Part shown: piece after piece, positions 9,711 through 18,767 of the stretch
How the letters are laid out: each line of letters opens with the position of its first letter
Position numbering within the stretch: position 1 is the first letter of the stretch
Assembly: GCA_965198875.1 (NCBI GenBank)
Contig: CBDAPU010000001.1
Span: 131,146 to 195,145 of the forward strand
Length of the DNA: 64,000 nt
Source: Gammaproteobacteria bacterium
Lineage (GTDB): Bacteria; Pseudomonadota; Gammaproteobacteria; Eutrophobiales; Eutrophobiaceae
Direction of reading: 5' to 3'
The notes under the pieces: generated by a model
Seen by the model: only the letters and a program-made list of their open reading frames with translations
Told to the model about the DNA's origin: nothing
The model's database searches: none
Program-made: the position numbers and the translations under genes

Positions 9711-10160
9711 ATGTTCAACCGGGCCCTGCCCGATGAACCTGTCATTGAGGGCATTATCAAAGGTGCTTATTGCTATCGCCACACACGCAGGCGGAAAGGA
9801 AATAGAGTGAACCTGCTTGTCAGCGGCGCCATCATGGAACAGGCATTGCCGGGATCGGAACAACTGGCAGAACCAGGGCCATCGCCTCAACATCTGGAGT
9901 ATTGCCAACTTTACCGAGTGGCATAAGACTGTGCTAGATGGAATTATCTACACTCGCAACAGCCAACAAGATAATCTTAGTAAACCAGCTATTTGCAAAA
10001 GGACAAGGCATTTTCGTTATCGTTGCTGATTATGTGAAAAGTCTTGCCAGCGGTACTGTTGTTTACTTGTCCGGCCCTTGTGAAATACTGGGGACGGATA
10101 GCTATGGACTGGGTGAATCGCATCCAGGCTTGCGCGACCTCTTTAGAGATCAGTGAACGA
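9711..10160 (+). pseudogene. decayed 3' remnant of aceE (pyruvate dehydrogenase E1 component), C-terminal ~150 codons with frame changes
   Basis: Three overlapping-frame ORFs together recapitulate the AceE C-terminus. EGIIKGAYCYRH..GNRVNLLVSGAIMEQALPGSEQLAE matches EGVYRLETIEGSKGKVQLLGSGSILRHVREAAEILA. HRLNIWSIANFTEWHKTVLDG matches SDVYSVTSFTELARDGQD. FVIVADYVKSLASGTVVYLSGPCEILGTDSYGLGESHPGLRDLF matches AVASTDYMKLFAEQVRTYVPADDYRVLGTDGFGRSDSRENLRHHF. There is no upstream catalytic portion and no aceF follows. Confidence 0.45.
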
Positions 10161-10294
10161 TATATCGTCCAGGCGCCATTGATAAAAAATGCCTTCAGGT
10201 ATCCGCGGTATTGAGGTGAATAAATCTGACCCACGTACAGGTAAACTATGACACCTCTGGGGAGTGGTGCATGGACCCCTTAATCAGGGCTTGC

Positions 10295-11908
10295 TTAAAT
10301 CAGTATTTGAAAAAGCCACAGGGCAACAATACATAAAATGAAGTAGAGCAATAAGTAATAGCTGGCCTTGTCGACTTTACCTGGCGCCACATACCAGCCA
10401 TCCTGCATTAGTTCACGATTCTCCCGAGCAAACAAGGCCTGTTGACCCTGCACGGTATAAGGATGATATTCCGTTTGATAACCATCCAGCAGAATACTGG
10501 CGCCCCATCCTGCGATGATACTGACAGCACCACCAAACACACAATACCAGGGCCAGGCAACATCTGCGTAAACTTCCACGTACCAAAGGCTGAAAAATCC
10601 GGCGATGATGCCGATTAACAAACCCTTTTCCGTTGTATGCCTGGAATAAAAACCCAGTATATAAGAGCTTAATTTCGCACCAACAAGAAATGAACCGATT
10701 TTACTCAACACTTCCAGGACTGAGCCATCGCTTTTAGTAAAGGCGATCGCAGGTAGCACAATTAACACCGCCCATAGTAAAGTCAGCAAACGCGATATCT
10801 TCAAATAGTGCCCTGGTGAGCCATCCTGCTGCATAAATTTCTGGTAGAAATCTACCGTTGTTACCGTTGCCATTGAGTTCAGGCTGGAGTCAAGGCTGGA
10901 CATGGCAGCCGCCACAATGGCGGCGGTGACAATACCCATAAGACCGGGAACGCCGATTTGTGCGACGAAGTTGAGAACGATAGTGTTCTCATTATCAAAC
11001 TCGCGACCACCATAATAACTATGAAACAGGATCCCGATCAGAAAGAAAAAGACAAAAACAATAAAAGCGAGGTATCCCATCATGATATAAGCCTTCTTTG
11101 CATCGCCCAGGGTTTTTGCCGTTAAGGTGCGCTGTACCATCATCTGATTCACGCCATAAACTGTGACATGATAAATCGACATGGCGATAACGCCTGTCCA
11201 GACGGTTGCCACAACAGAAGGATCCATAGAAAAGTTGAACGGATCTGTCTTCCCTGTCGCCTTTAAGTCACTCAAAGAGGCAAGAAAACCTCCCGGCAAT
11301 TCGTTGATCAGCATGAACAGGATGATCAACACGCCGATAAACAGAATTGCAGACTGGATAACATCAGTCCAGATGACTGCCGATATGCCACCTAACACGG
11401 TATAGATCAATGCCACCACGGCAATGATGAGGATGGCGTGAACGACATCCATACCGGTGATAAACTGCAACACCAATGCCACGGTATAGAGCATAATGCC
11501 TGAGTAAGCAAAGTTGCCGAACAAAAATATTAGTGATATGACTGTGCGGGTAGCAGGCCCGAAACGTCGCTCCAGGTATTCATATATGGATGCAACACCG
11601 CTGTTATAAAAGAAGGGCAAGAACAGGGTGATCACAAAGAATATGGTGAGCGGATAATTCACATGGATAAAAATAACGGAGAAACCCTCGCTATACGACC
11701 ACGCCGGGCCACCCAAAAATGTCAGAGCTCCAAAGTAGGTGGCGACAACCGATACGCCAATCGCCCACCAGGGAATAGATCTATCCCCTAGATAATAATT
11801 ATTGGCAGTTTTAATTCTTCTGCTAAGGAAAGCGCCGAGTAGTAATGTGCCAAGCACATAGGCGCCGACAATAGACCAGTTGAGCAAACCAAACTCACTC
11901 ATAGTCAT
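10295..11908 (-). CDS. sodium:solute symporter (SSF/SSS family) transporter, paralog of 1693-3306
   Basis: 537 aa. Shares the conserved block PWWAIGVSVVATYFGALTFLGGPAWSYSEGF...PFFYNSGVASIYEYLERRFG with 1693-3306. Confidence 0.85.
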   Translation of the reverse strand: MTMSEFGLLNWSIVGAYVLGTLLLGAFLSRRIKTANNYYLGDRSIPWWAIGVSVVATYFGALTFLGGPAWSYSEGFSVIFIHVNYPLTIFFVITLFLPFFYNSGVASIYEYLERRFGPATRTVISLIFLFGNFAYSGIMLYTVALVLQFITGMDVVHAILIIAVVALIYTVLGGISAVIWTDVIQSAILFIGVLIILFMLINELPGGFLASLSDLKATGKTDPFNFSMDPSVVATVWTGVIAMSIYHVTVYGVNQMMVQRTLTAKTLGDAKKAYIMMGYLAFIVFVFFFLIGILFHSYYGGREFDNENTIVLNFVAQIGVPGLMGIVTAAIVAAAMSSLDSSLNSMATVTTVDFYQKFMQQDGSPGHYLKISRLLTLLWAVLIVLPAIAFTKSDGSVLEVLSKIGSFLVGAKLSSYILGFYSRHTTEKGLLIGIIAGFFSLWYVEVYADVAWPWYCVFGGAVSIIAGWGASILLDGYQTEYHPYTVQGQQALFARENRELMQDGWYVAPGKVDKASYYLLLYFILCIVALWLFQILI

Positions 11909-11976
11909 GTCAACATTTTAATCCTGTATTAGCCCACAACGATGACATGTCATCTTTCAACTTTACTTAAATGGCT

Positions 11977-12364
11977 TTATGCCAAAGGCTCGATACCCAG
12001 TTGCTTTAATAACCCAGGATTATCCATCATCACCCAGTTCTCTGAAATCTTTCCGTCTTCCTGTCAACCACAAATTAGCATAAGGCATACGTACCGGCTT
12101 ACTTCTCGGCGGGATACCCATCCATTCGCCACGTTGATGATCTGTTAAAAAACCAGTTGCCGATACCCAATCCTCATTCGCAACCTTATATATCATCTTC
12201 TACATAATAACCAGGAAATGCGTTATAGAAAGGCCTTAATATCTCGTATTTAAACCCGTCTATTCCATGTATATCTCCAAAGCCGGAGGGGCCATGCCAG
12301 ATCATACCTCATGCCAAAACCGATGATATGTTCCCAGATCCTGCCCATTAAGCGCCTCATACAT
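11977..12364 (-). pseudogene. degraded fragment of a seventh tandem-NTF2/SnoaL-like paralog (C-terminal domain only, multiple frameshifts)
   Basis: Reverse-strand translation across three frames reads MYEALNGQDLGTYHRFWHEV* / WHGPSGFGDIHGIDGFKYEILRPFYNAFPGYYVEDDI* / TDHQRGEWMGIPPRSKPVRMPYANLWLTGRRKDF / EDGKISENWVMMDNPGLLKQLGIEPLA*. These align to the C-terminal half of the intact paralogs (FWRPHFMWYGPAGVGATRGLQGFREHHQGPFLAAFPDR ... GDGWLGLPASNK...ENWVSIDMTHLLRQMG). Confidence 0.5.
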
Positions 12365-12434
12365 TTTAAGTATCAGTTTGATATTGTCTTGTGCTTATGA
12401 TTAATATTCTTTATCTCCCCTTTAATCTTTTTGT

Positions 12435-13442
12435 TCATTCACATCGGTTAATATCTCGCATTCTCTCGAGAACATCCAGGCCCTGCTGTTTCAAAAAATA
12501 AATCAGATCGATAAATATCCAGTTCTCGGCAAGTTTATCGCCTTCACGCCGGTAGATATCAACAACACGCATTTCCGAGCGCACGCTGGATGCCGGAAGC
12601 CCCATAAAACCCCCGGTTGGTTTCGCTGACAGGTTTGCCCAGCCGAACCAGCCGGCAAAACTGCCCTCGGCAAGGCGACAAATATGACCATTGAATTTGA
12701 TACTATCCAGACCCTGGCTAAACGGCCCCTGATGTTGTTCCTCATACCTCTCTATGGTATAGGTCGCACCGATCCCCGCCGGCCCAAACCAGAGCATATC
12801 GTTGTGCCAGGTTTGGGCGAGTTCATCCTGAGTTGAGTTAAATCTTTCTGTGCTTGTCAGGTCATCACACATCCGCTTGATCAGCGCCAGAGTTTTAGCC
12901 CCTTCTGCCGGAGCCTGGTGAGCAAAGAGCAAGCCATCATGGGTGCGTGGTCCGGGAGTGATGATGGCGGCGCCTGTCTGTAGTGGTAGCGGACTTAAAC
13001 CGGCCTGCTGCATAATACTGATAATGTCGCAGAATAAAGCAGTCTCGCTGATCTTTCCGTCAGTAATTCGATTGAACTCGGCATAACGCAGGAACCCCAT
13101 TTTTCCTGTAGATGGAATACCAAGCCAGTCCTTGTCGAACAGACCCAGTAAATGTCCCATGGAGCAAACCCACTCACTGGAAAAATTGTCCACATCATTT
13201 AATCCCGCCATGAAAATATCCTGACGCCTCTGTATCGCCGTGAATGATTCTCGGAACGGCTTCCAGAATACATCTGCTACGGCATTTGCACCCTGCTGTT
13301 CGTAGAACGGATGCATACCCCGCCAGTAATAATCGCGCGTGGTATAGCGCTTTAGTACTTCAGCAATATCATTTTCCTGTGCCGCATCCAGCTCATCGTA
13401 ATACTGTCTTACCAGGGCCTTGCTATTTTGAAAATTAGTCAT
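12435..13442 (-). CDS. tandem NTF2/SnoaL-like protein, paralog 4
   Basis: 335 aa. Two repeats (…GIPSTGKMGFLRYAEFNRITDGKISE…; …GLPASSVRSEMRVVDIYRREGDKLAENWIFIDLIYFLKQQG). Confidence 0.7.
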   Translation of the reverse strand: MTNFQNSKALVRQYYDELDAAQENDIAEVLKRYTTRDYYWRGMHPFYEQQGANAVADVFWKPFRESFTAIQRRQDIFMAGLNDVDNFSSEWVCSMGHLLGLFDKDWLGIPSTGKMGFLRYAEFNRITDGKISETALFCDIISIMQQAGLSPLPLQTGAAIITPGPRTHDGLLFAHQAPAEGAKTLALIKRMCDDLTSTERFNSTQDELAQTWHNDMLWFGPAGIGATYTIERYEEQHQGPFSQGLDSIKFNGHICRLAEGSFAGWFGWANLSAKPTGGFMGLPASSVRSEMRVVDIYRREGDKLAENWIFIDLIYFLKQQGLDVLERMRDINRCE

Positions 13443-13456
13443 GGTTTTTTACTCAA

Positions 13457-14614
13457 TTAACTACGCGCAACAGCGATCTGCATCATGACATCGAGTTCAT
13501 TAAACAACATCCATTCCTTAACGATATATCCGTTGGTGATCTGATGTTGCGTGATCCCCCAGATCTGGACTTCACAACCTGTAGGTACGCCATAAATGCC
13601 TGCGCCTGTATGCGTACCTATGGCACTCCAGCGCTCCGATGTCAGATACCCCTGCTCGTCATTGCCCATCCAGTAAACCTCATCAACCTGCAGTTTTAGA
13701 TCCGGAAAAGCGCTTATCAATGATAAAAGAAATCCCTGGTAAGATTTGTGTCCGGTAAAAGTCCGGTTAGTTGGCCCATGAAATCCAAAGTTTGGATCAT
13801 AACTATCCACCAGCGCTGCATAGTCCCGACTGTTCCAAAGCCTATTGAAGTTTTCACGGGTGAATGCATCCACATCAAAACCTGAAACCGGGGAACTGAT
13901 GGATATTGCCTGCACGGGACTCGCCGCACAACGTAATTCCTGCCACGTTACCCTATCCCTCGGCCAGCCGGCAGGTGCCTCCCTGATCATCCTGGTAACT
14001 ATCTCATCCAGATCATGACCGAGTTGCAACAACATACTTGAGTTGTTGTATAAAACATGTTCAAGAAAAATCACATTGTCCAAAGCAACACAGTTAGCAA
14101 TGACTAATACGTCAACATGCCTGTTGGTAGCGAGACCATATTTACTGTCGCCGTCGTTTGTTCCGCGGATGATGGTACGATGTGATGTGTGATACCCCAC
14201 TTCATCATCGCCAGCCCAGATAATCTCATCGGCAAGCAACTTAATATCAGAGAACGCGCCAGTTGTATGGTAGGTGTCCACGATGATTTTTTTATTTCCT
14301 GATTGCAGGCCATAATCGTCATAGACTTGGGATGTCTCCGAGTATGTGTTGCCGATATACTCAACATCTCGCTCTTCCCAGATTTTGAATGTAATACGCA
14401 CAATATAATCGATAATATTCCGGTAAGTCCCCTCAAAACCAGACATAGACTGCCTGGGGCCAAAATCATCCGGTATACGTTTTTCACTATCGGTAAAACC
14501 ACCACCGAAACCAGTACGGCCAGCATAAGCATCCAGTGAAATATTGTAATCAGTTGGCATATGTTCTCGCGCTAATGGCTCAGCCGTCTTTTTAGCAATC
14601 ATGTTTGATTCCAT
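13457..14614 (-). CDS. tandem NTF2/SnoaL-like protein, subtype B (paralog of 5483-6469)
   Basis: 385 aa. Shares the subtype-B signatures (…NIIDYIVRITFKIWEERDVEYIGNTYS…, …HTGAGIYGVPTGCEVQIWGITQHQITNGYIVKEWMLFNELDVMMQIAV) with 5483-6469. Confidence 0.65.
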   Translation of the reverse strand: MESNMIAKKTAEPLAREHMPTDYNISLDAYAGRTGFGGGFTDSEKRIPDDFGPRQSMSGFEGTYRNIIDYIVRITFKIWEERDVEYIGNTYSETSQVYDDYGLQSGNKKIIVDTYHTTGAFSDIKLLADEIIWAGDDEVGYHTSHRTIIRGTNDGDSKYGLATNRHVDVLVIANCVALDNVIFLEHVLYNNSSMLLQLGHDLDEIVTRMIREAPAGWPRDRVTWQELRCAASPVQAISISSPVSGFDVDAFTRENFNRLWNSRDYAALVDSYDPNFGFHGPTNRTFTGHKSYQGFLLSLISAFPDLKLQVDEVYWMGNDEQGYLTSERWSAIGTHTGAGIYGVPTGCEVQIWGITQHQITNGYIVKEWMLFNELDVMMQIAVARS

Positions 14615-14675
14615 AAGGTTTGCATATAGATAAGGAAGCCCCGTAATCAGTACATCTCTGCGCCACTTCTCATTG

Positions 14676-14689
14676 TTTCCTGTGGTACA
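14676..14689 (+). promoter_or_regulatory. shared element 2, TTTCCTGTGGTACA
   Basis: Exact 14-mer, repeated at 15024-15037. Lies in the divergent region between the tandem-NTF2 operon (minus strand) and the amidohydrolase gene (plus strand). Confidence 0.35.
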
Positions 14690-14964
14690 TGTCCTGAGTT
14701 AAGTGTAACGAACGCGTTGCCCTATTTCTTCCTGACCAAATGAGACGGCTAAGGGCCATGTACGGGATTATCCATCATTTAATGGGGATGATAATGTACT
14801 TGCGATGCAAAAATAATTCAAAAAATCATAATATCATTCAATAGAGGGTAGATCATCCAAAATGATACCCTAAAGTGAAAGCTATTTATTTAATTGAATA
14901 TCTCAAAGCGTTAAATTGATTATTTTACTTTATATCGTGAACATATCCTTGAGATATTTTTATT

Positions 14965-14978
14965 TTGCATTCGAAGTA
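14965..14978 (+). promoter_or_regulatory. shared 14-bp cis element TTGCATTCGAAGTA upstream of the amidohydrolase gene
   Basis: Exact 14-mer followed by TATAAA, about 130 bp upstream of the 15107 start. Confidence 0.5.
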
Positions 14979-15023
14979 TAAAAACCGTGCTTTTATCTAA
15001 GGATAAGTCTGATTAATTCAGAA

Positions 15024-15037
15024 TTTCCTGTGGTACA
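15024..15037 (+). promoter_or_regulatory. shared element 2, TTTCCTGTGGTACA, embedded in the 5-3-5 palindrome CCTGTggtACAGG
   Basis: Exact repeat of 14676-14689. The palindromic core CCTGT/ACAGG is seen directly. Confidence 0.35.
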
Positions 15038-15106
15038 GGGATGCATCGTCTTTAAGACAAGTCACGGATGGGCTTGTTCAGGGCTTCCTTAATGTCGGGT
15101 TCGCAT

Positions 15107-16018
15107 ATGCAGGATATTGATTTCATCATTGACGCCCATCATCACCTCTGGGACTTGCAGGCTTGTCACTATCCGTGGTTAATGGCCAAGGGGGTTAAGC
15201 GCTTTTTTGGTGATCCGACCCCTATTCAAAAAAATTATTTGATAGAGGATTTTTTTGCTGACACAGGAAACCTGCCTGTCACTGGCTCAGTGCATATTCA
15301 AGTAGGGGTTAAGGAGAACCAGGCCCTGGATGAGACGCTCTGGCTGCAATCTGTCGCCGACTCGAAAACAGGCGGGGGTTTTCCCCAGGCTATTGTGGCG
15401 TTCTGTGATCTGTCGGCGGATGATGCACTAGCCCAAATAGAGGAACACCGAATCTGTCCTAACCTGCGAGGCATTCGGCAGATCATCGGTCGCTCACCGA
15501 AGGAAGACCGGCATACCCATAGCCGCGCCCTGATCGATGATACTACCTGGAGGGAAAACCTGTGCCGTCTGGCGGATCATGGATTGGCCTTTGATCTGCA
15601 ACTCATTCCTGAGTACATGGGCGCTGCCTATGGAGTTTTGCGTAAGGTTGCCGATACTCACATTGCGCTGTGTCATTGCGGCTCGCCGTTTGATCAGAGC
15701 AAGGCGGCGCTGGATTTCTGGAAAAAGGAAATAAAGAAACTGGCGCAACTGCCGAACGTTTTCTGCAAGCTCTCCGGCTTTGGCATGTTTGACCATCACT
15801 GGTCAAGCGAGAGTATCAGGCCGATTATCGACACTGTGATTGAGGTCTTTACCCCCGAGCGTTGCATGTTCGGCTCCAATTTCCCCGTGGATAAACTCTA
15901 TAGCGATTATCAAAGACTTTGGCATGCCTATTCTGAAATCACCCATGCACTCAGTAATGATGAGAAGCATGCCCTGTTCTTCGCAACGGCCAATGAATTT
16001 TATTCATTAAACCTGTAA
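15107..16018 (+). CDS. amidohydrolase-2 family (TIM-barrel metal-dependent hydrolase/decarboxylase-like) enzyme
   Basis: The ATG at 15107 gives MQDIDFIIDAHHHLWD, the hallmark HxH start of Amidohydrolase_2 / ACMSD / LigI-type enzymes. The ORF track offers a longer 15068 start. Confidence 0.7.
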   Translation: MQDIDFIIDAHHHLWDLQACHYPWLMAKGVKRFFGDPTPIQKNYLIEDFFADTGNLPVTGSVHIQVGVKENQALDETLWLQSVADSKTGGGFPQAIVAFCDLSADDALAQIEEHRICPNLRGIRQIIGRSPKEDRHTHSRALIDDTTWRENLCRLADHGLAFDLQLIPEYMGAAYGVLRKVADTHIALCHCGSPFDQSKAALDFWKKEIKKLAQLPNVFCKLSGFGMFDHHWSSESIRPIIDTVIEVFTPERCMFGSNFPVDKLYSDYQRLWHAYSEITHALSNDEKHALFFATANEFYSLNL

Positions 16019-16120
16019 TGTGGGAAATTTGATCGCCTCATTATCGGCGATGGATCAGCAGTCTGCTCTCCTGCAAGCGCCCCTAACGATCAGGATCGTA
16101 GACAAAAGCCGACGATATGA

Positions 16121-16816
16121 TTATGACAGCGCCAGCTTAACCGCTTCTTCGGCATGGATTGTCGTCGTATCATAAAGGGGTATTGATATGTGCTCGGGCT
16201 TGATCAATAAAGCGAGCTCGGTACAAGCCAAAATCACCGCCTCAACCTCCCGGGCGATCAGATCCCTTATCACATCCAGGCAGGTTTGTCTGGATGCATC
16301 CCTGATCACGCCAAGACATAATTCTGCATAGATGATGTCGTGAATCGCTGTTTGTTGTTCGCTATCAGGGACGACTACGTTAAGGCCGAATTTTTCAATG
16401 AGCCTGCCCTTATAAAAATCCTGCTGCATAGTGAATTGAGTGCCCAGCAAGCCTACTCGTGCAATGTTATCAGCGACTACTGCTTGCGCCGTTGCATCGG
16501 CGATATGTAAAACGGGAATGGCAATCGCCGCTTCTATTTCCTCGAACAGCTTGTGCATGGTATTTGTGCAGATGATGAGGAGATCAGCACCGCCGGCCTC
16601 TACTGATTTTGCCGCCGTGATCAGCAGCTCCGCTGCCGTATCCCATCTGCCCTGATGTTGCAGTTTGTTAATTTCCTCAAAATCAACACTGTTTAAGATT
16701 ATTTTTGCTGAGTGCAATCCCCCCAGAGTATTTTTTACTTCCCTGTTGATCGTTTTGTAATAACTTACCGTTGACTCCCAACTCATGCCGCCCAACATGC
16801 CGATGGTCTTCATCAA
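16121..16816 (-). CDS. Asp/Glu/hydantoin racemase family protein (aspartate racemase-like)
   Basis: 231 aa. Conserved cysteine motifs of the family (LLIICTNTMH and VILACTELALL). Confidence 0.7.
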   Translation of the reverse strand: MMKTIGMLGGMSWESTVSYYKTINREVKNTLGGLHSAKIILNSVDFEEINKLQHQGRWDTAAELLITAAKSVEAGGADLLIICTNTMHKLFEEIEAAIAIPVLHIADATAQAVVADNIARVGLLGTQFTMQQDFYKGRLIEKFGLNVVVPDSEQQTAIHDIIYAELCLGVIRDASRQTCLDVIRDLIAREVEAVILACTELALLIKPEHISIPLYDTTTIHAEEAVKLALS

Positions 16817-16832
16817 GCGCGCCGAAATAAAG

Positions 16833-17600
16833 TCATGTTTTTAATGTTGTACACACAGCATTGGCGCCGTTGATGATGAAGCCGTGATCGGAGCCGAGCA
16901 GGAATAATGATACGCCTTTTTCCCTCCATACCTCGGCTTCCTCCGGGGCGGAGATGAACATGCCGATGTTTGTAGCGCTCGCCCTGCCGGCGGCACAGAC
17001 CCTCTCCACAGCATCCATGACCACGCTGTCGTTGGCTGAGCCCGCCTTCAAGGCCACCGTCAGATCAATACGGCCAACAAATAAACAATCAACACCGGCA
17101 ACCGCCCCTATCTCCTCGGCCGCTTCCACGGCGGCCGGGTCTTCAATCTGCACAATCACCGTTGTCTGCTCTTCACTATTGGCCAGGTGCTCCGGCATGG
17201 GCCTTGTGGTATAGGCGGCGGCGCGGGTGGAGCCGGCATAGCCCCTGCCCCCTTCACCAAAATGCGCCGCGGCCACCACCGCTTCGGCTTGTGTTGCCGT
17301 GCTGACATGGGGCACGAGGACCCCTGCTGCACCACAGTCCAGGGCCTGCAGGATATATTCAGGGGAATGGGCGGCTATCCGCACCAGTGACGGCATTTGC
17401 ATTGCGCGCAGGGCATGGATCGAGCTGTCCAGTTCAAGCCGACCAAAGGGGGCATGCTCGGCGTCCAGGCATATCACATCCAGCTCAGTCAAACCCAGCA
17501 CTTCGGCGATGATGGGTGAAGGCGTCTTAACGAAGGTGCCGAGCAGGAGTTCTTTCGAGAGCAAACGCTGACGAAAGCCGCTGGCAGGGGATGCGCTCAT
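16833..17600 (-). CDS. HpcH/HpaI aldolase / citrate lyase beta-like family protein
   Basis: 255 aa. Family-typical segments (VICLDAEHAPF; VQIEDPAAVEAAEEIGAVAGVDCLFVGRIDL). Its start overlaps the upstream gene's stop by 4 nt (translational coupling). Confidence 0.75.
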   Translation of the reverse strand: MSASPASGFRQRLLSKELLLGTFVKTPSPIIAEVLGLTELDVICLDAEHAPFGRLELDSSIHALRAMQMPSLVRIAAHSPEYILQALDCGAAGVLVPHVSTATQAEAVVAAAHFGEGGRGYAGSTRAAAYTTRPMPEHLANSEEQTTVIVQIEDPAAVEAAEEIGAVAGVDCLFVGRIDLTVALKAGSANDSVVMDAVERVCAAGRASATNIGMFISAPEEAEVWREKGVSLFLLGSDHGFIINGANAVCTTLKT

Positions 17601-18751
17601 GCGCCCTTTTTCCAGAGTTGTGCAGAGGCCATCTGTGCGCCTGCCGCCAGGGTCGCCAGTTTGGCGTAGACGATGTCTTCATCCACAGTGCCGAAACCGG
17701 CAAAGGTGGAGAAACCACAGTCGGTGCCGGCAAGCACACGTTCACGCCCGACTATGTCGGCAAATCGGCAGATACGTTGCGCCACCAACCGGGGATGCTC
17801 AATGAAGTTGGTTGTTGAGTCGATGACGCCGGGAATGAGTATTTTGCTCTCCGGGATCCTGGTGTTTTCAAACACGTCCCATTCGTGGGCGTGCCGGGGG
17901 TTGGCCGATTCAAATAACAGTGCATCGGGTTTGGCTTTCAGGGCAATGGGCAATACCATCTCCATCGGCGCATCCCGATGATGCGGCCCTTCATAATTAC
18001 CCCAGCACACATGCAGGCGCATTTTATCGGACGGAATATTACGCACGGCATCGTTCAGCACATCCACATGCAGGCTGGCCAGTTCAACATAGGCTTTATC
18101 ATCCTTGTCTTTGAACAGGGTATGTCGGCCAAGACCCAGATCCGGCGAGTCCAGTTGCAGCAGATAACCGGCGTCAACAATGGCTTCATACTCAGGCCGC
18201 ATGGCCTCGGCCAGTGCCGCCAGATAACGCCCATGATCGGGATAATGCTGATTGGGCTGGAACAGGGCGATCACGCCGGGCGATGCGGCGTTCATGAATC
18301 CCTCGACCGGCTTATGCAAGGCGATGGCGCTGGCGAAATTTTTTAAGTCCCTTTGTAACGGCGCCCTGTCCTTAACCCTGATCTCGCCCACGCAACAGGG
18401 TCGTTTATACGTGGGTGTGCCGCCGGATTGCGCCAGACGTTGCAAAAAATCCGGATAGTCTTCCAGGTCCCCGGGCGGTGTTCTTGGGCTGTCCCCGGCA
18501 AAACCGGTGATCCGATCTTTTATGTAAGTCGCATAACTTATCTTACTCATCTCCCCATCACTGACGACATCGACTCCGACTTCAACCTGACGCCTCACCA
18601 CACCTTTAACCGCCTCGGCGATGGTGGCGTGTAATGCCGTTGCATCATTTGCCTCGCCATTTTCCCGGGCGAATATGCCGTCGGTCACTGCTTGTGATCG
18701 GGGCAGGCTGCCGACATGGGTGATCAGTATTCTATCTTTACTGGTTTTCAT
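17597..18751 (-). CDS. cobalamin-independent methionine synthase II (MetE C-terminal domain)-like methyltransferase fold protein
   Basis: 384 aa. N-terminal ITHVGSLPRS, a putative zinc-ligand pattern (H..C in HVCWGNYE, C in GTDCGF), and a length typical of stand-alone MetE-like proteins. Confidence 0.7.
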   Translation of the reverse strand: MKTSKDRILITHVGSLPRSQAVTDGIFARENGEANDATALHATIAEAVKGVVRRQVEVGVDVVSDGEMSKISYATYIKDRITGFAGDSPRTPPGDLEDYPDFLQRLAQSGGTPTYKRPCCVGEIRVKDRAPLQRDLKNFASAIALHKPVEGFMNAASPGVIALFQPNQHYPDHGRYLAALAEAMRPEYEAIVDAGYLLQLDSPDLGLGRHTLFKDKDDKAYVELASLHVDVLNDAVRNIPSDKMRLHVCWGNYEGPHHRDAPMEMVLPIALKAKPDALLFESANPRHAHEWDVFENTRIPESKILIPGVIDSTTNFIEHPRLVAQRICRFADIVGRERVLAGTDCGFSTFAGFGTVDEDIVYAKLATLAAGAQMASAQLWKKGA

Positions 18752-18767
18752 GGTTACTCTGCTATCA

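Noticed and set aside
14615-15067. AT-rich 450-bp divergent region considered as a possible insertion-sequence scar
   Set aside because: No terminal inverted repeats or transposase fragment. The content is better explained as a dual promoter region carrying the two shared cis elements.
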